Source: Eledone cirrhosa | Lineage: Eukaryota | NCBI GenBank assembly: GCA_964016885.1 | Contig: OZ024741.1 | Span: forward strand, 133,734,001-133,798,000 | DNA length: 64,000 nucleotides | Direction of reading: 5' to 3' | Part shown: positions 1-11,970 of the stretch, piece by piece | Layout of the letters: every line of letters begins with the position of its first letter | Numbering within the stretch: the stretch's first letter is position 1 | Notes under the pieces: generated by a model | What the model was told of the DNA's origin: nothing | The model's database searches: none | The model's input: the letters and a program-made list of their open reading frames with translations, nothing else | Program-made: the position numbers and the translations under genes

Positions 1-178
1 ACAAACTGTAGTATAATAATTAGTATACTTCAATCTGGCTAAATTTTTCTTTCGCAATATATATATACAGATGTGTTGGTATCTGTGTTTCATCACATAC
101 ATATTAATTTATACACTGCTCATGGGATATATTTTTTCCTCATTCGAGCTGATTCCATTGTAAAAGAATTCATTACCT

Positions 179-253
<75 letters not shown>

Positions 254-259
<6 letters not shown>

Positions 260-752
260 GCCACCGGAAATAACATCTGTGAAATATACAGCGCCATCTA
301 CCTGTTAGCTAGCTACCTCAACGCGAAACAAAAGAATCCTTAAAACCTACCAGAATAAACGCCTACACAGCGGCTAAACATCAAACGATTATTTCTGTAT
401 AAATAGAGTGGTTCCAAACACTTCAGCAGTCGACATTTGGCAGAGTCAACTCGCGTATCGTTGTTCCTCGCCTCTGCCACGCTTTGTCACTCACACACGC
501 CTTGTACCTCGTATCGTCGCTTCATGTGAAAATAAATAGCTGATCGAATTTACATCTGGCCTTGCTTCGTCCTTTCAACTTGTGCTTTCGTCTGTCCATC
601 CTCAACAGTTCTTTTAAGGGCTATATGCGACAACAGTCCTTTTAAGGGCTATCTTCAGATCTGATCAGACCGTATGCGATAACAGTCCTTCTAAGGGCTA
701 TTCTCGGATCTGATCAGAAGTAGTGACTAGACTGACTAACCACGTCGCTACA
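254..752 (+). repeat. 5' LTR
   Basis: TG...CA termini, TATAAATA near 398, AATAAA at 531; matches 5309-5807. Confidence 0.95.
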
Positions 753-754
753 AT

Positions 755-772
755 TGGTGACGCCGACGTGAT
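755..772 (+). promoter_or_regulatory. Primer-binding site, tRNA-Trp type
   Basis: tggtgacgccgacgtgat starts 2 nt after the LTR; one mismatch to TGGTGACCCCGACGTGAT, the complement of the tRNA-Trp 3' end. Confidence 0.85.
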
Positions 773-811
773 CCGAACGCGCAACCAGATAGCACCTAAG
801 AAAATATCAAC

Positions 812-1653
812 ATGGACATGTCACAAACGACAGAGGCCGAGATACCAACCACACAAGCGGCGTTAACATTGAAAGTCCCCGTTTTTGGTCCAACGACTCG
901 ACTCTGTGGTTCGCTTACATAGAAGCGCAATTCGCCGCGAACAGAATTAAGAGCGATTCCGCAAAGCTCATCTACATCATTGGGTCTGTCCCGCCAGAAG
1001 TCTTAGCTGAGGTGAGGGACCACGTCATGGCACCACCGGGCACGGTGTCATATGAAGCATTCCGCAAGGAATTGATCAAGCGGACGACTGCGTCACAGCA
1101 GAGACGATTCAACCAACTCGTGTCTGAAGAATTGGGAGACAGAAAACCGTCCCAACTATTGCGAAAGATGAGACAGCCGATGGAAGACCAGCCGCTTTCA
1201 GAAGATCTGCTGAAACGGCTGTTTATACAGCGCTTGCCCTTATCGATGCAGGGCATTCTGGCGTCGACTAACGAGTCAGCAACCCCGGAGGAACTGGTGT
1301 GTGTCGCAGATAAGATCGCCGAGGTATCAAACCCTTTTGCTTCAGTAGCACAGGTAGATCGTCGGACGAACCCTTACGTAGCGTCCTCGGACTCCACCTC
1401 CGAGATTTCAGAGCTGCGTGCTATGATCAGAGAGCAGGCTGGTCTAATTAAAGCCTTCTCAAACCAATTAGAGAGCCTGACCTTGCAAACACACCGGCGA
1501 CGCAGCAACAGTCGGTCCAGGCCCTTTCACCGTCAAAGATCGAGAAGTCCCAGTCAAAATCGTGTACCTGGCAACCTCTGCTGGTATCACTCAAATTTCG
1601 GCGCACAGGATTCTAAGTGCAAAGGCCCGTGCTCTTTCCGGAATACCACCTAG
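812..1653 (+). pseudogene. Gypsy gag with a frameshift near 880
   Basis: LKVP/FWSNDSTLWFAYIEAQF N-terminal motif, ELGDRKPSQLLRKM, and the C-terminal CWYHxxFGxxxxKCxxPCSF knuckle. Confidence 0.88.
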
Positions 1654-4650
1654 GGCCTAGCGACGACGTTCATCCATGGTACTGAAAAGAAAAGTCGTCT
1701 ATTTTTTATTAACGACCAGGCGACAGGCATCCGTTACCTCGTGGATACAGGAGCCCAGGTTAGTGTTATTCCTGTTTCACTAATCCCGGGCAAAAGACAC
1801 CCAACGCCGTCCTTTCTGCAGGCAGTGAACCGATCGTCAATTTCCACTTTCGGGGAAAAATCCCTGACCCTCAATTTAGACCTGAGGCGGCGTTTTCAAT
1901 GGGTTTTCGTCGTGGCAGACCTGCCGACCCCGATCCTAGGAGCCGATTTTCTCCACCACTTCAACCTTCAGGGAAGCTTATTGACACCACCACAAACCTC
2001 ACTGTGAGAGGTATATTTACCACGCAATCCACAGTGAGCCCTGTAATTTGCCAGTCAGAGCCTTCGCGGTACAACGGCATTCTCCAGAAATACCCAGACA
2101 TCACTCGCCCGGTATTTAAGGATGGTCCTATTAAGCATAGTGTCACGCACCACATCGAGACAAGAGGACCACCCACAGCTACCTTCCTCCAGCAACTGTT
2201 CTGCACCCCTACACCTTGTTCCTAAAAAAACCGAGAATGATTGGCGACCATGTGGGGATTATCGTGCACTTAACAATTCTACAGTGCCCGATAATTACCC
2301 TGTACCTCACCTGCACGATTTTTCTGCCTCTCTGCAAGCCGCGCGCATCTTTTCCAAGGTAGATTTGGTGCGTGCATACAACCAGATACCTATGGAGCCT
2401 GCAGATATTCCGAAGGCCGCAATTACAACACCGTTCGGTTTATTCGAATTCCTGCGAATGCCGTTCGGTCTGCGCAACGCTGCACAAACTTCTCAGCGGT
2501 TTATTGACACCGTGTTACACGATCTACCCTTCGTATACGCGTATATTGACGACGTGCTGGTAGCAAGTACTTCCGAGCATGAACATGAGAAGCACTTAGA
2601 TCTCCTTTTCCAACGTTTGGCTGAGTACGGTATCATCATCAACCCCAGCAAGTGCCTTCTGGGCGTGCCTCCACTGTCCTTTCTCGGGCATATCATCGAT
2701 AAAGACGGCATTCGTCCACTTCCCGAGAAAGTAGAAGCTATCCGCAGTTTTCCCGCACCTAAATCACTTCGGAAACTGCGTGAATTCCTCGGTCTGGTGA
2801 ATTTTTATAGGCGGTTCATCCCTCATTGTTCCGACGCAGCCAGACTCCTCACGGACCTTCTTCGTAACCGGACTCGCAAAAACGAAGAGATCACTCTAAA
2901 CGAGGAAGAATTAACATCTTTTAACCGCCTGAAGGAAATGTTGGCAAACACTTCCATGTTCGTTTTCCCCAGGTCTGGCGCTCCTCTTTCGCTGCTAGTG
3001 GACGCATCAGACACGGGGATTGGGGGCGTTCTACAACAACATGTCGACGGCGTGTGGAAACCCTTATCCTTCTTTTCTAAGCGGTTGCAACCGGCAGAAA
3101 CGAAATACAGTACCTTTGGCCGCGAACTCTTGGCAACCTATCTTTCGGTTAAGCATTTCGGCACATGCTCGAAGGATCAGATTTCGTGATCTACACGGAC
3201 CATAAACCATTAGTTTATGCGTTCCGTACCAAACCTGATCCACATTCACTGAGAGAACTCCGACACCTGGATTTTGTCTCCCAATATTCAACTGATATTC
3301 GGCATATCAAGGGATCAGACAACGTAGCAGCCGACGCCCTGTCCCGAATCCAGCTGAACGCAATACATGTGCATTCAGGCATTGACCTTCAACAGATCGC
3401 AGCTGACCAAGAGACTGACAAAGAGTTTATCAAGCTCCGAGATTCGCCATCCCTCAAGTTTCAGCAAGTTCCCATTCCTTCTTCTCCGGGACAAATTTGG
3501 TGCGACTTTTCTACCGGTCATGAACGTACCATAGATGCATCGTCGACAAGTTTTTTCTGCTTTACACTGCTTGTCTCACCCGGGAATCCGGGCTACACAG
3601 AAACTCATCTCTGCTCGTTTTGTGTGGATTAACATTAACAAGGACGTGCGCGACTGGTCCAGGAGCTGCATTGCCTGCCAGAAAGCCAAAGTCCACAGAC
3701 ACATCAAAACTCCACTCAGCACATTCGCGCAACCTGATGCATGTTTTCATCATGTGCATATCGACATCGTCTGACCTCTACCACTATCACAGAACTACAC
3801 ACACTGCATAGATCGATTTTCTCGTTGGCCTGAGGCTTTTCCCATAAATGATACCTCAGCGGAAACAGTCGCTAAAACTTTGGTTTTACACTGGGTATCG
3901 CGTTATGGCGCCCCAGCGAAGATAACAACGGACAGAGGACGCCAATTTGACTCCCACCTCTTCAGGGAACTGACTCGCCTGTTAGGATGTAAATACATCC
4001 GCACGACAGCTTATCACCCGCAAGCTAATGGTCTCGTGGAAAGATTCCATCGTCAATTGAAAGCTGCAATAAAAGCATATCCAGACAAGACCCACTGGTT
4101 TGAATACCTACCACTCATCCTTCTGGGCATTCGATCCACCGTTAAGGAGGAATTCGGACACACACCTGCAGAATTAGTGTACGGCACCACCCTGGTTCTA
4201 CCTGGTCAGATGGTTGCTCCCATCTCTCCTCAGGATGTTCCAGACCCAGGATCATACGTACACCGTCTTCGAGAATATATGTCTCACCTTGCTCCTGCAA
4301 GCACCCGTCAACAGAACACGGCCACACACGTACCTTCAGACATTAAAGATTGGACACACGTTTTCGTTCGAAACCACATCATCTCAGCTCATCTTCGACC
4401 TCCATATTCTGGCCCTTAACGTGTTCTAAAAAAATATCCGAAATATTTTATTCTCGATCTAGATGGTAAACAGAATTCTGTCAGCGTGGACAGATTAAAA
4501 AAATCCATCATGGATACTGTTACAGTCTCTACACCAGAAACTCCAACAGATTGCTGTCCCAGCGAGCCACCTGTTTCATCTCTAGTCACGAGAAGCGGAC
4601 GACGCGTCCATTGGCCCGCAAAGTTGGCACAATATTTTCTTGTTCTGTAA
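1654..4650 (+). pseudogene. Gypsy pol (protease, RT, RNase H, integrase) broken by frameshifts, deletions and stops
   Basis: LVDTGAQVS and ILGADFL (protease); [25 protein letters not shown] (RT); [23 protein letters not shown] (RNase H); [33 protein letters not shown] (integrase). Confidence 0.95.
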
Positions 4651-5308
4651 CATTGATTGTGTAATTGCCATAATTTTTATATACATACAAGGCGTGTACA
4701 TATTCTGTTTTTCATGCACACTACAAAACCACGTTTGTTTCACCTTTTAGTTCATACACTGAGCAATAGATATTTGTGTCCCTCTAACTCTTACACTACA
4801 AAATGTTTTCTCTTTGATCACGCATTTTACAAATCGCATCCTTAAAACACTGGCCTTCTTTTTTCACGTACACATTCACTCAATAGCTCGAGAATGCCTC
4901 GCTATTTTTTTACCACATGCATTCGCTCAAGTCATATGATGTGGAGCAAACTGTTACTTTTAGGCAGCATGCTTACGGCAATTCAGTTCACACATTACGG
5001 TTATCTTCACTGCCCAGTTAGACTTTTTGTCACGCAATTCAGAGGCGGCTCAACCCAAATTGCAACAGGCTCATTCATCACCCCTGCATAAATATGGTCA
5101 AAGTCATTTTATAGTTTATATTTTTTCTCCTCCTTACACACACATCTTGCTATATGATCTCTACATCGACTCTGTCCTGTACTAGATGATCGCAAAATTT
5201 CACAACGTGCTGGATACTCCTGGGGCTATTGTCATGACAAATGAACCACTGGCCCATTACTATACGATATTTCGCTCTTTTGTTGTACAGATCTGGCAGG
5301 GGGGATAA

Positions 5309-5807
5309 GGTACAGCCACCGGAAATAACATCTGTGAAATATACAGCGCCATCTACCTGTTAGCTAGCTACCTCAACGTGAAACAAAAGAACCCTTAAAA
5401 CCTACCAGAATAAACGCCTACACAGCGGCTAAACATCAAACGATTATTTCTGTATAAATAGAGTGGTTCCAAACACTTCAGCAGTCGACATTTGGCAGAG
5501 TCAACTCGCGTATCGTTGTTCCTCGCCTCTGCCACGCTTTGTCACTCACACACGCCTTGTACCTCGTATCGTCGCTTCATGTGAAAATAAATAGCTGATC
5601 GAATTTACATCTGGCTTTGCTTCGTCCTTTCAACTTGTGCTTTCGTCTGTCCATCCTCAACCGTTCTTTTAAGGGCTATATGCGACAACAGTCCTTTTAA
5701 GGGCTATCTTCAGATCTGATCAGACCGTATGCGATAACAGTCCTTCTAAGGGCTATTCTCGGATCTGATCAGAAGTAGTGACTAGACTGACTAACCACGT
5801 CGCTACA
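5309..5807 (+). repeat. 3' LTR
   Basis: Near-identical to 254-752; first base is G instead of T; ends in CA. Confidence 0.95.
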
Positions 5808-5870
5808 TATATATATATCGTGTTCCAAAGCACGGCGAGCATACCAAAAACAAAACATTACAACTTAACA

Positions 5871-5943
5871 CCTGTCTGATGAAAGCATGTCAAAGGGTAA
5901 TGCAATCATTTCAATGCAATCACTTTGAAATGCGCACAACAGG
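5871..5943 (+). ncRNA. Degenerate hammerhead ribozyme motif in a PLE tail remnant
   Basis: cctgt-CTGATGA-aag...cttt-GAAA-tgcgca-ca-acagg. Stem I is cctgt/acagg and stem III is palindromic, but U16.1 appears mutated. Confidence 0.5.
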
Positions 5944-5971
5944 ATTATAATATATATATATATATATATAA

Positions 5972-6039
<68 letters not shown>

Positions 6040-6279
6040 TTATATATATATATATATATTATGTATCTGTATATTTGTAGCAATAAATTGAAAGAAAGAT
6101 GAAAAAGGTTGGTTAGTGTGCCACCATTACTATTTCTTTCTAAAAGTATGACTATTCATCAGAAATAAGATAAGTGCTTGTCAAACGTTATTAGTGTGTC
6201 TACTGAAGTATAACTCCAAACAATCATTCAAACATTCTCCACCAGCTAGTCATACATTCACGAAATAACATACACACGC

Positions 6280-6353
<74 letters not shown>

Positions 6354-6562
6354 GCATATTGAAAATGAGGGACACGAAGTTCAATTCGCTGCAGTGGTTG
6401 TAGCCACTTTTTTTCTTCTCTACGAGTATTTTTTCCCAACGATTTTCTAAGCTATTAGTTATAGAGATTGTCTGTTATTGTAGTTACTGCGTTTGGGATT
6501 TCCACATTTTCAAGATTTCAAATCATCCAGCGTTATACACATACATACACACACACACACAA

Positions 6563-6663
<101 letters not shown>

Positions 6664-6748
6664 TATACATATATACATACATATATATATATGTTTATAC
6701 ACGCACACACACACACACACACAAACATATATATATTTATATATTTAA

Positions 6749-6932
6749 TATTATAATGGCTTCTACAGAACTAGAACTGTTTCATTCGGGAGAAATCATC
6801 AGGGCTTCCTGATGATTTCTCCCGAATGAAACAGTTATAGTCCTGTAGAAGCCATTACTATATTAAATATATATATAGTCCTGTAGAAGCCATTTCTATA
6901 TATTGGTTACCCCCGATTGAACCCGGGATAAA

Positions 6933-6935
<3 letters not shown>
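6749..6935. mobile_element. Fold-back PLE tail remnant
   Basis: Inverted arms about 6749-6803 and 6808-6865 between (TA)n/(CA)n tracts; partial copy again at 24624-24663. Confidence 0.7.
6803..6853 (+). ncRNA. Hammerhead ribozyme motif (type I)
   Basis: ggcttc-CTGATGA-tttctcccgaat-GAAA-cag(ttatagtc)ctg-TA-gaagcc: 6-bp stem I, 4-bp stem III, GUA site, weak stem II. Confidence 0.7.
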
Positions 6936-6979
<44 letters not shown>

Positions 6980-6982
<3 letters not shown>

Positions 6983-7890
6983 GAATTAGTATATCTACCA
7001 ACATATATATACAGATGCATACCTATGCTAGCAAATATATAGGTTTTGTCTTAGTAACTTTGTGGTTCAATGCAAGGGGATGCAGAACAATTATATGAAA
7101 GACGTATTTCATATAATTGTTCTGCATCCCCTTGCATTGAACCACAAAGTTACTAAGACAAAACCTATTTGCTAGCATAGGTATGCATCTGTATATATAT
7201 GTTGGTAGATATACTAATTCTTTATAATTATCTCCAAATTATTTTGTTGAGCAAAAATTTGCCAAAACTACTACTATGGTTTATAGTAATAGTCAGGCTA
7301 CTGTCTTATTAACACCCCACACCTCACTGATTAACCTCGATGTCACGTGATTGATTCTTCTGAATTTGCCACCGACCAAGTAGGCAGTGATTTTTTCAAT
7401 GTCCTGGAATTTAGTCCTCGCTTGCTTTTTTCCATCGACTGAATTATTTTTGTATAAGTTCCCTGTGTCCACGCATTGCCTGGGAACTTAGCCGAGAACA
7501 GACTTCCCTGATGACGAAAGGGTTTTCTCCATGTTGTTCCATTTGGAAACCATGTTTATTCCCTTTCAGAAACTAATTAGTTGGAGTGAAATTTTAGTAA
7601 GTTAATTTTTATAATTTTCTTATTTTACGTCTTTCATATATATTTATATATATATATGTATCATTCTTTTTTCTCCAAAATGGCTGACTGAATACACGTG
7701 CTTTTTCTCAAAAAAATTATTTTATGTTCTTTCTTCCCACGCTATATCTTTATATATCATTTTTTATTTCTAGTTTATCATGTGATGAAAGACGAGTGTC
7801 CGAAACATAAAGGCTGTTTCCCTTCTATAACAAGCATTAAACTAATATAGTTCTTCATTGTACTGTGTTGTTTGCGTTGTTGTCTCGGTT
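6980..7890 (+). mobile_element. Probable PLE 3' remnant with a 5' fold-back of about 120 bp and a degenerate hammerhead near 7782-7812
   Basis: Hairpin 6980-7223. gtgatga-aagac-gagt-gtc-cgaaac followed by caagcattaaactaatata resembles the tail at 47420-47490. Confidence 0.55.
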
Positions 7891-8001
7891 AACCTTTACT
7901 CACACACACACACGCACACATATATATACATATATATGTATATATATATATTATACATTTTATATATATATATATTTATTATACATTTGATATATAAAAT
8001 G

Positions 8002-8055
<54 letters not shown>

Positions 8056-8137
8056 TATATTATATATTATGCCTTTGATATACAGATATACATTTAAGAT
8101 AGATAAGAAATTCAATATATTATAATTTACAATTTAC

Positions 8138-8220
8138 CTGTAGTTACTTGGTTCATTCGCGTGATTTTTAAGTCGACAGACTAAAATGATCAAGATATAT
8201 ACGAGAAAGAATATATTTGC
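8138..8220 (-). CDS. Class B1 GPCR (calcitonin/CGRP receptor-like) exon: TM5-ICL3
   Basis: ttttcag|ANIFFLVYILIILVCRLKNHANEPSNY(R)|gtaaat; 83 nt, phase 0 to 2. Confidence 0.9.
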
Positions 8221-9086
8221 CTGAAAATATAAGATGGAAAGCATATGAAATATATAAAAAATATATCGATTGTAATTTGGAAATATAGTGGTTACCATGC
8301 AGTTAAGTATAATAATATTTCTTTCGTCTCCAGGTGTACTTTACCTGATTTATTCAACTATAAATAGTAGTTGAATAAATCAGGTAAAGTACACCTGGAG
8401 ACGAAAGAAAATGAACAGAGACGTCTTTGGGTTCAACCAGTCTATATAAATTGTGCAATTATTTCAGAAAAATGGGCAGTGAATTGTGTAAACCATTCGG
8501 TTAACTGATAATTATTTTTATTAATTCTTATCGTTCCGTGGTGCATAACCCACCATTCTCTCCGTGTTTGCTGTGTTAGTTTCGTTGGACTCTGTCTTTC
8601 TGACATGTTACACAAGAAGAGATTCCTAGTTCTCTCAGCTCAACCCTCCTCCATTCCTTGGAAGAAAGGGACACAATTCAAAGCATTTTATGTCCAGTTA
8701 TTTTTCCCGATTCTGCCGCCTACCTACTTTGATAATATCAGTAGTAATAACTGATAATTTCATACAAGGTATGCGCATGAAATTATGTAATATTACTGAC
8801 TTTTATCTCTGTATGGTTAATAACATAAAAACAGGGTATTTATTTATACCATTGTGTGCTAAAATATTTTGACTAGGAGCACAGAGCAGCCTGGACCAAA
8901 TTTAGACCGAGGGGAGGGGTTGGGGCATTCAGCAGCACCATCTCCAATAAATCTGGCCCCGAGAGAAACATCGTTAACATGATACAAGCTGTTAACTGTT
9001 GATCAATATAGTGGGTAATCTTGATTAGGCGTCTGTAAGCTTCTGTTAGCAAATGTGCTTGAGAAACATAAATAATTTCAACTTAC

Positions 9087-9153
9087 TATAATACACAGTA
9101 GATTCGGAATATACATTATCCATTCGTATCGTTCGGCATTGATGACCCAGCAT
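9087..9153 (-). CDS. Class B1 GPCR exon: ECL2 to start of TM5
   Basis: ttctag|(K)CWVINAERYEWIMYIPNLLCII|gtaagt; 67 nt, phase 2 to 0; conserved CW. Confidence 0.93.
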
Positions 9154-9338
9154 CTAGAATTTGAATGATAGATAGTCAGATAGATAGTCAGATTGATAGA
9201 TAGAGAGAGAGAGAGAGGGGGGGGGGAGAGAAGAGAAAGAATAGTATTTCAATTATCTTTGGTAGAAGAGGGTTGAATAAGGTCCATTTGTACTACAGAT
9301 TCTAATAGATAGCTTTCACTACACAGCAAAACACAGTT

Positions 9339-9419
<81 letters not shown>

Positions 9420-9497
9420 CGAAGGAATTGTGGTAAGGAGCCAGATGGACCATAACGCACCAGAGTACTCAATACTTAGGGTAGTAGAGTGGGAAAT

Positions 9498-9616
9498 AGG
9501 AAAAAGTATAACCCCGACGGCAGAGCTCAAGCCGTTTCGACGGCTCTATTTCTGGACTAAATTAGAATTTTTAGCCTGGTGAATAAATAGCCGAACTTTT
9601 CAAGGGGGTACTTCCT
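9498..9616 (-). ncRNA. Hammerhead ribozyme motif (U3:A8 variant)
   Basis: Reverse-complement copy of 11841-11957. Confidence 0.75.
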
Positions 9617-11840
9617 TATATGCGAAGATTGTAGTTGTCAAGAGGATTGGTTAAAATTTGTTGTAAACAAAAATAAGTCTATCATGGCATTTGGTGGGAG
9701 GTAGGGGTGGCTGAACTTGCCTGTAGAACAATAGAGGAGTGAGTGGAGCGGTCAAGTGTTGAAAGTGATATGTATACAGCAGATCCTAAGGATAGTGTAT
9801 GAAATGGAGGTGGGAGGTTATAGAATAGGTAAATCGAATGAGAGTAGGAGACAATAAAAGATAATAGAAAGAAATAAAAAAAAAATATAAAATTAGATAG
9901 TGAGAAATGAATTAAAAAAATCACAATGCTATCTTACAATTACAGGTTAATAAGTTGAGAATAGAAAAAAAACATGTAGAAATTGAGTAGTACCAGAACT
10001 GATACAGAATTAAAGGGGTTTAACACGTCTGCTATAAGTAATTAGTAAAACGTATTCGGCCAATTCTATCTTAAAATTACAGGGGTGGGGGAACTGATGT
10101 TACAGAGGCCCGATGGGCTGCATCGGGGTAGGAGAAGGGGTAAAGCAGACGAGGAAGAAAATAGGGGGTGGAAGGAAGTGATAGGATGAGGCAGGCGGAA
10201 GAAGAAGACAAAGAGGAAAAGAAAAGAGATACATCTACCTAAGTAAGCTGGGGAATCCCCTAACTTATTCGGCAAGTAGGGGGTATCAGCCCTTGGCTAC
10301 CCACCCAGGTCGTTATGGGGTTTGAGGGCGAAGTAAGTCCTACGCAATCTGTGTTTGCATACGGTTACCAATTCCTCTTTCTTGTTTATTAGTTGGTCCT
10401 TCGAAAACAGCATTTGTAATGCTTCCTCCGAGCATAAGTTACACGGACGGCTTCCTCCCGTGTAAGAGTTAGCTTTGGACAGTAAGCTCCAAGTGAGATT
10501 GTAGGTTATATTATTATCTTGGCGGTCCCAGATGTGGCCCGAAAGTGTAGTGGCATGTCGCTGGACTGGGTTTCGGAAAGTATGTCGGTGTTGGTAGAGC
10601 CGGGTCTTGAAGTCACACGCGGTTAATCCTATATAAGCTTTGTTGGAGGTGTCCGTCCTCACGTTGCACTGGTAGATCACGTTACGTTCTCGGCATTTGT
10701 TGTTGAGGGGGCACGTAGATCTATCAGGGCAGTTACACCTCCTGGTCGGCTCTCCACTGATGTCTAGGTTATGTTTTCCATAGGGGTTGAGTTTTTTGTT
10801 GTTTGAGGAGATGACGTTTTGTGCGAAGTTAGGTGTGGTGCTGTAGGAGAGTTTGATGGTGTTTTTGTTGATTATGTTGTGGTAGCGGTGTTGTAGTGGG
10901 AAGTGTTTTTCGAGGAGTCTAAAGAAGATTTTCCCGATAGGTGTTGCCACCTCGACATTATGGGGGAGGATTGAACCACGTTATGTTGCGTGAGCGGCGG
11001 TGTCGCCTGCTGGATCCACTAAGGGAAGCGGGATAAAAGGATATTTCCTCCCGGAAGCCGCTTGAGGGCCTGGTTGTAATGAGGCGCGTGTTCGTCGAAT
11101 ATCTGCTCATTAGCGGACAAACGAGATATGCGGAGGGAGATGTTTTTAACCAGGTTATTGGTGATGTTTCTAGGATGGTTAGAGCGGCGGTGGATGTAGT
11201 GCAGGTTGTCGTTTGGTTTCCTCTTATGGGTAGTACAGATCATTTTCGAGGTTAAGAGTAACGTCCAGGAAATTGACTCGGGTTAGGGACGTTTGTAGGG
11301 TGATTTTAAATCCCCAGTCCCGGAAGAAGTTGATTAGTTGTTTACGGGCCCGGTCTGTACTACTGGGGTTATACCCTTTGAGGGTGAGGAGCCTATCATC
11401 CCGGTACAATCCACCACCGAATGCAGGAAACATTTCGGTGAGTTTAAATAGTAGGAATAATCCTATAAGATCTGTGACCTCGGCCGAATCCGTCGCACCC
11501 ATACTGACGTCGAAGGGGGAGTCGGGAGCTCTCTTTATCCACTTAGAGTTGTCGAAAAGTAGGACTGTCTTCCTGGCGTTTATTTTATTGGCGTATCTTT
11601 TATTGTCTCCTACTCTCATTCGATTTACCTATTCTATAACCTCCCTCCTCCATTTCATACACTATCCTTAGAATCTGCTGTATACATATCACTTTCAACG
11701 CTTGACGGCTCCACTCACTCCTCTATTGTTCTACAGGCAAGTTCAGCCACCCCTACCTCCCACCAAATGCCATGATAGACTTATTTGTGTTTACAACACA
11801 TTTTAACCAATCCACTTGATAACTACAATCTTCCCATATA

Positions 11841-11957
11841 AGGAAGTACCCCCTTGAAAAGTTCGGCTATTTATTCACCAGGCTAAACATTCTAATTTAG
11901 TCCAGAAATAGCCGTCGAAACGGCTTGAGCTCTGCCGTCGGGGTCATACTTTTTCCT
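11841..11957 (+). ncRNA. Hammerhead ribozyme motif (U3:A8 variant, GUC site)
   Basis: cccc-TTGAAAA-g..cggctatt...aatagccg.c-GAAA-cggc(ttgagctct)gccg-TC-gggg. Confidence 0.78.
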
Positions 11958-11970
11958 ATATATATATATA

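Larger units (their letters stand above)
254..5807 (+). mobile_element. Ty3/Gypsy LTR retrotransposon, two LTRs, coding region disrupted
   Basis: 499-bp direct repeats at 254-752 and 5309-5807 with 5 mismatches by eye. PBS tggtgacgccgacgtgat follows the 5' LTR and a purine tract ggcaggggggataa precedes the 3' LTR. Domain order is gag-PR-RT-RNaseH-IN. Flanked by TATA within a (TA)n tract. Confidence 0.97.
9418..11959 (-). mobile_element. Penelope-like element, Naiad-type, 5'-truncated, with an inverted copy of its 3' tail at about 11595-11959
   Basis: RT motifs FDVSMGATDSAE, GLYRDD, VNFLDVTLNL, SNHP; linker RNITWFNPP, NTIKLSYS, CNC..CPL..KC; GIY-YIG NVIY...YIGLT..FK.R..QH. 9495-9865 is the reverse complement of 11595-11959. 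Confidence 0.92.

Noticed and set aside
4650-5295. Possible env or extra ORF between integrase and the PPT
   Set aside because: Only short ORFs on either strand; no signal peptide plus TM architecture
10297-10950. Possible selenoprotein-type Naiad (UGA at conserved Cys plus SECIS)
   Set aside because: The linker and GIY-YIG cysteines are ordinary Cys codons in an open frame, and no convincing SECIS was seen
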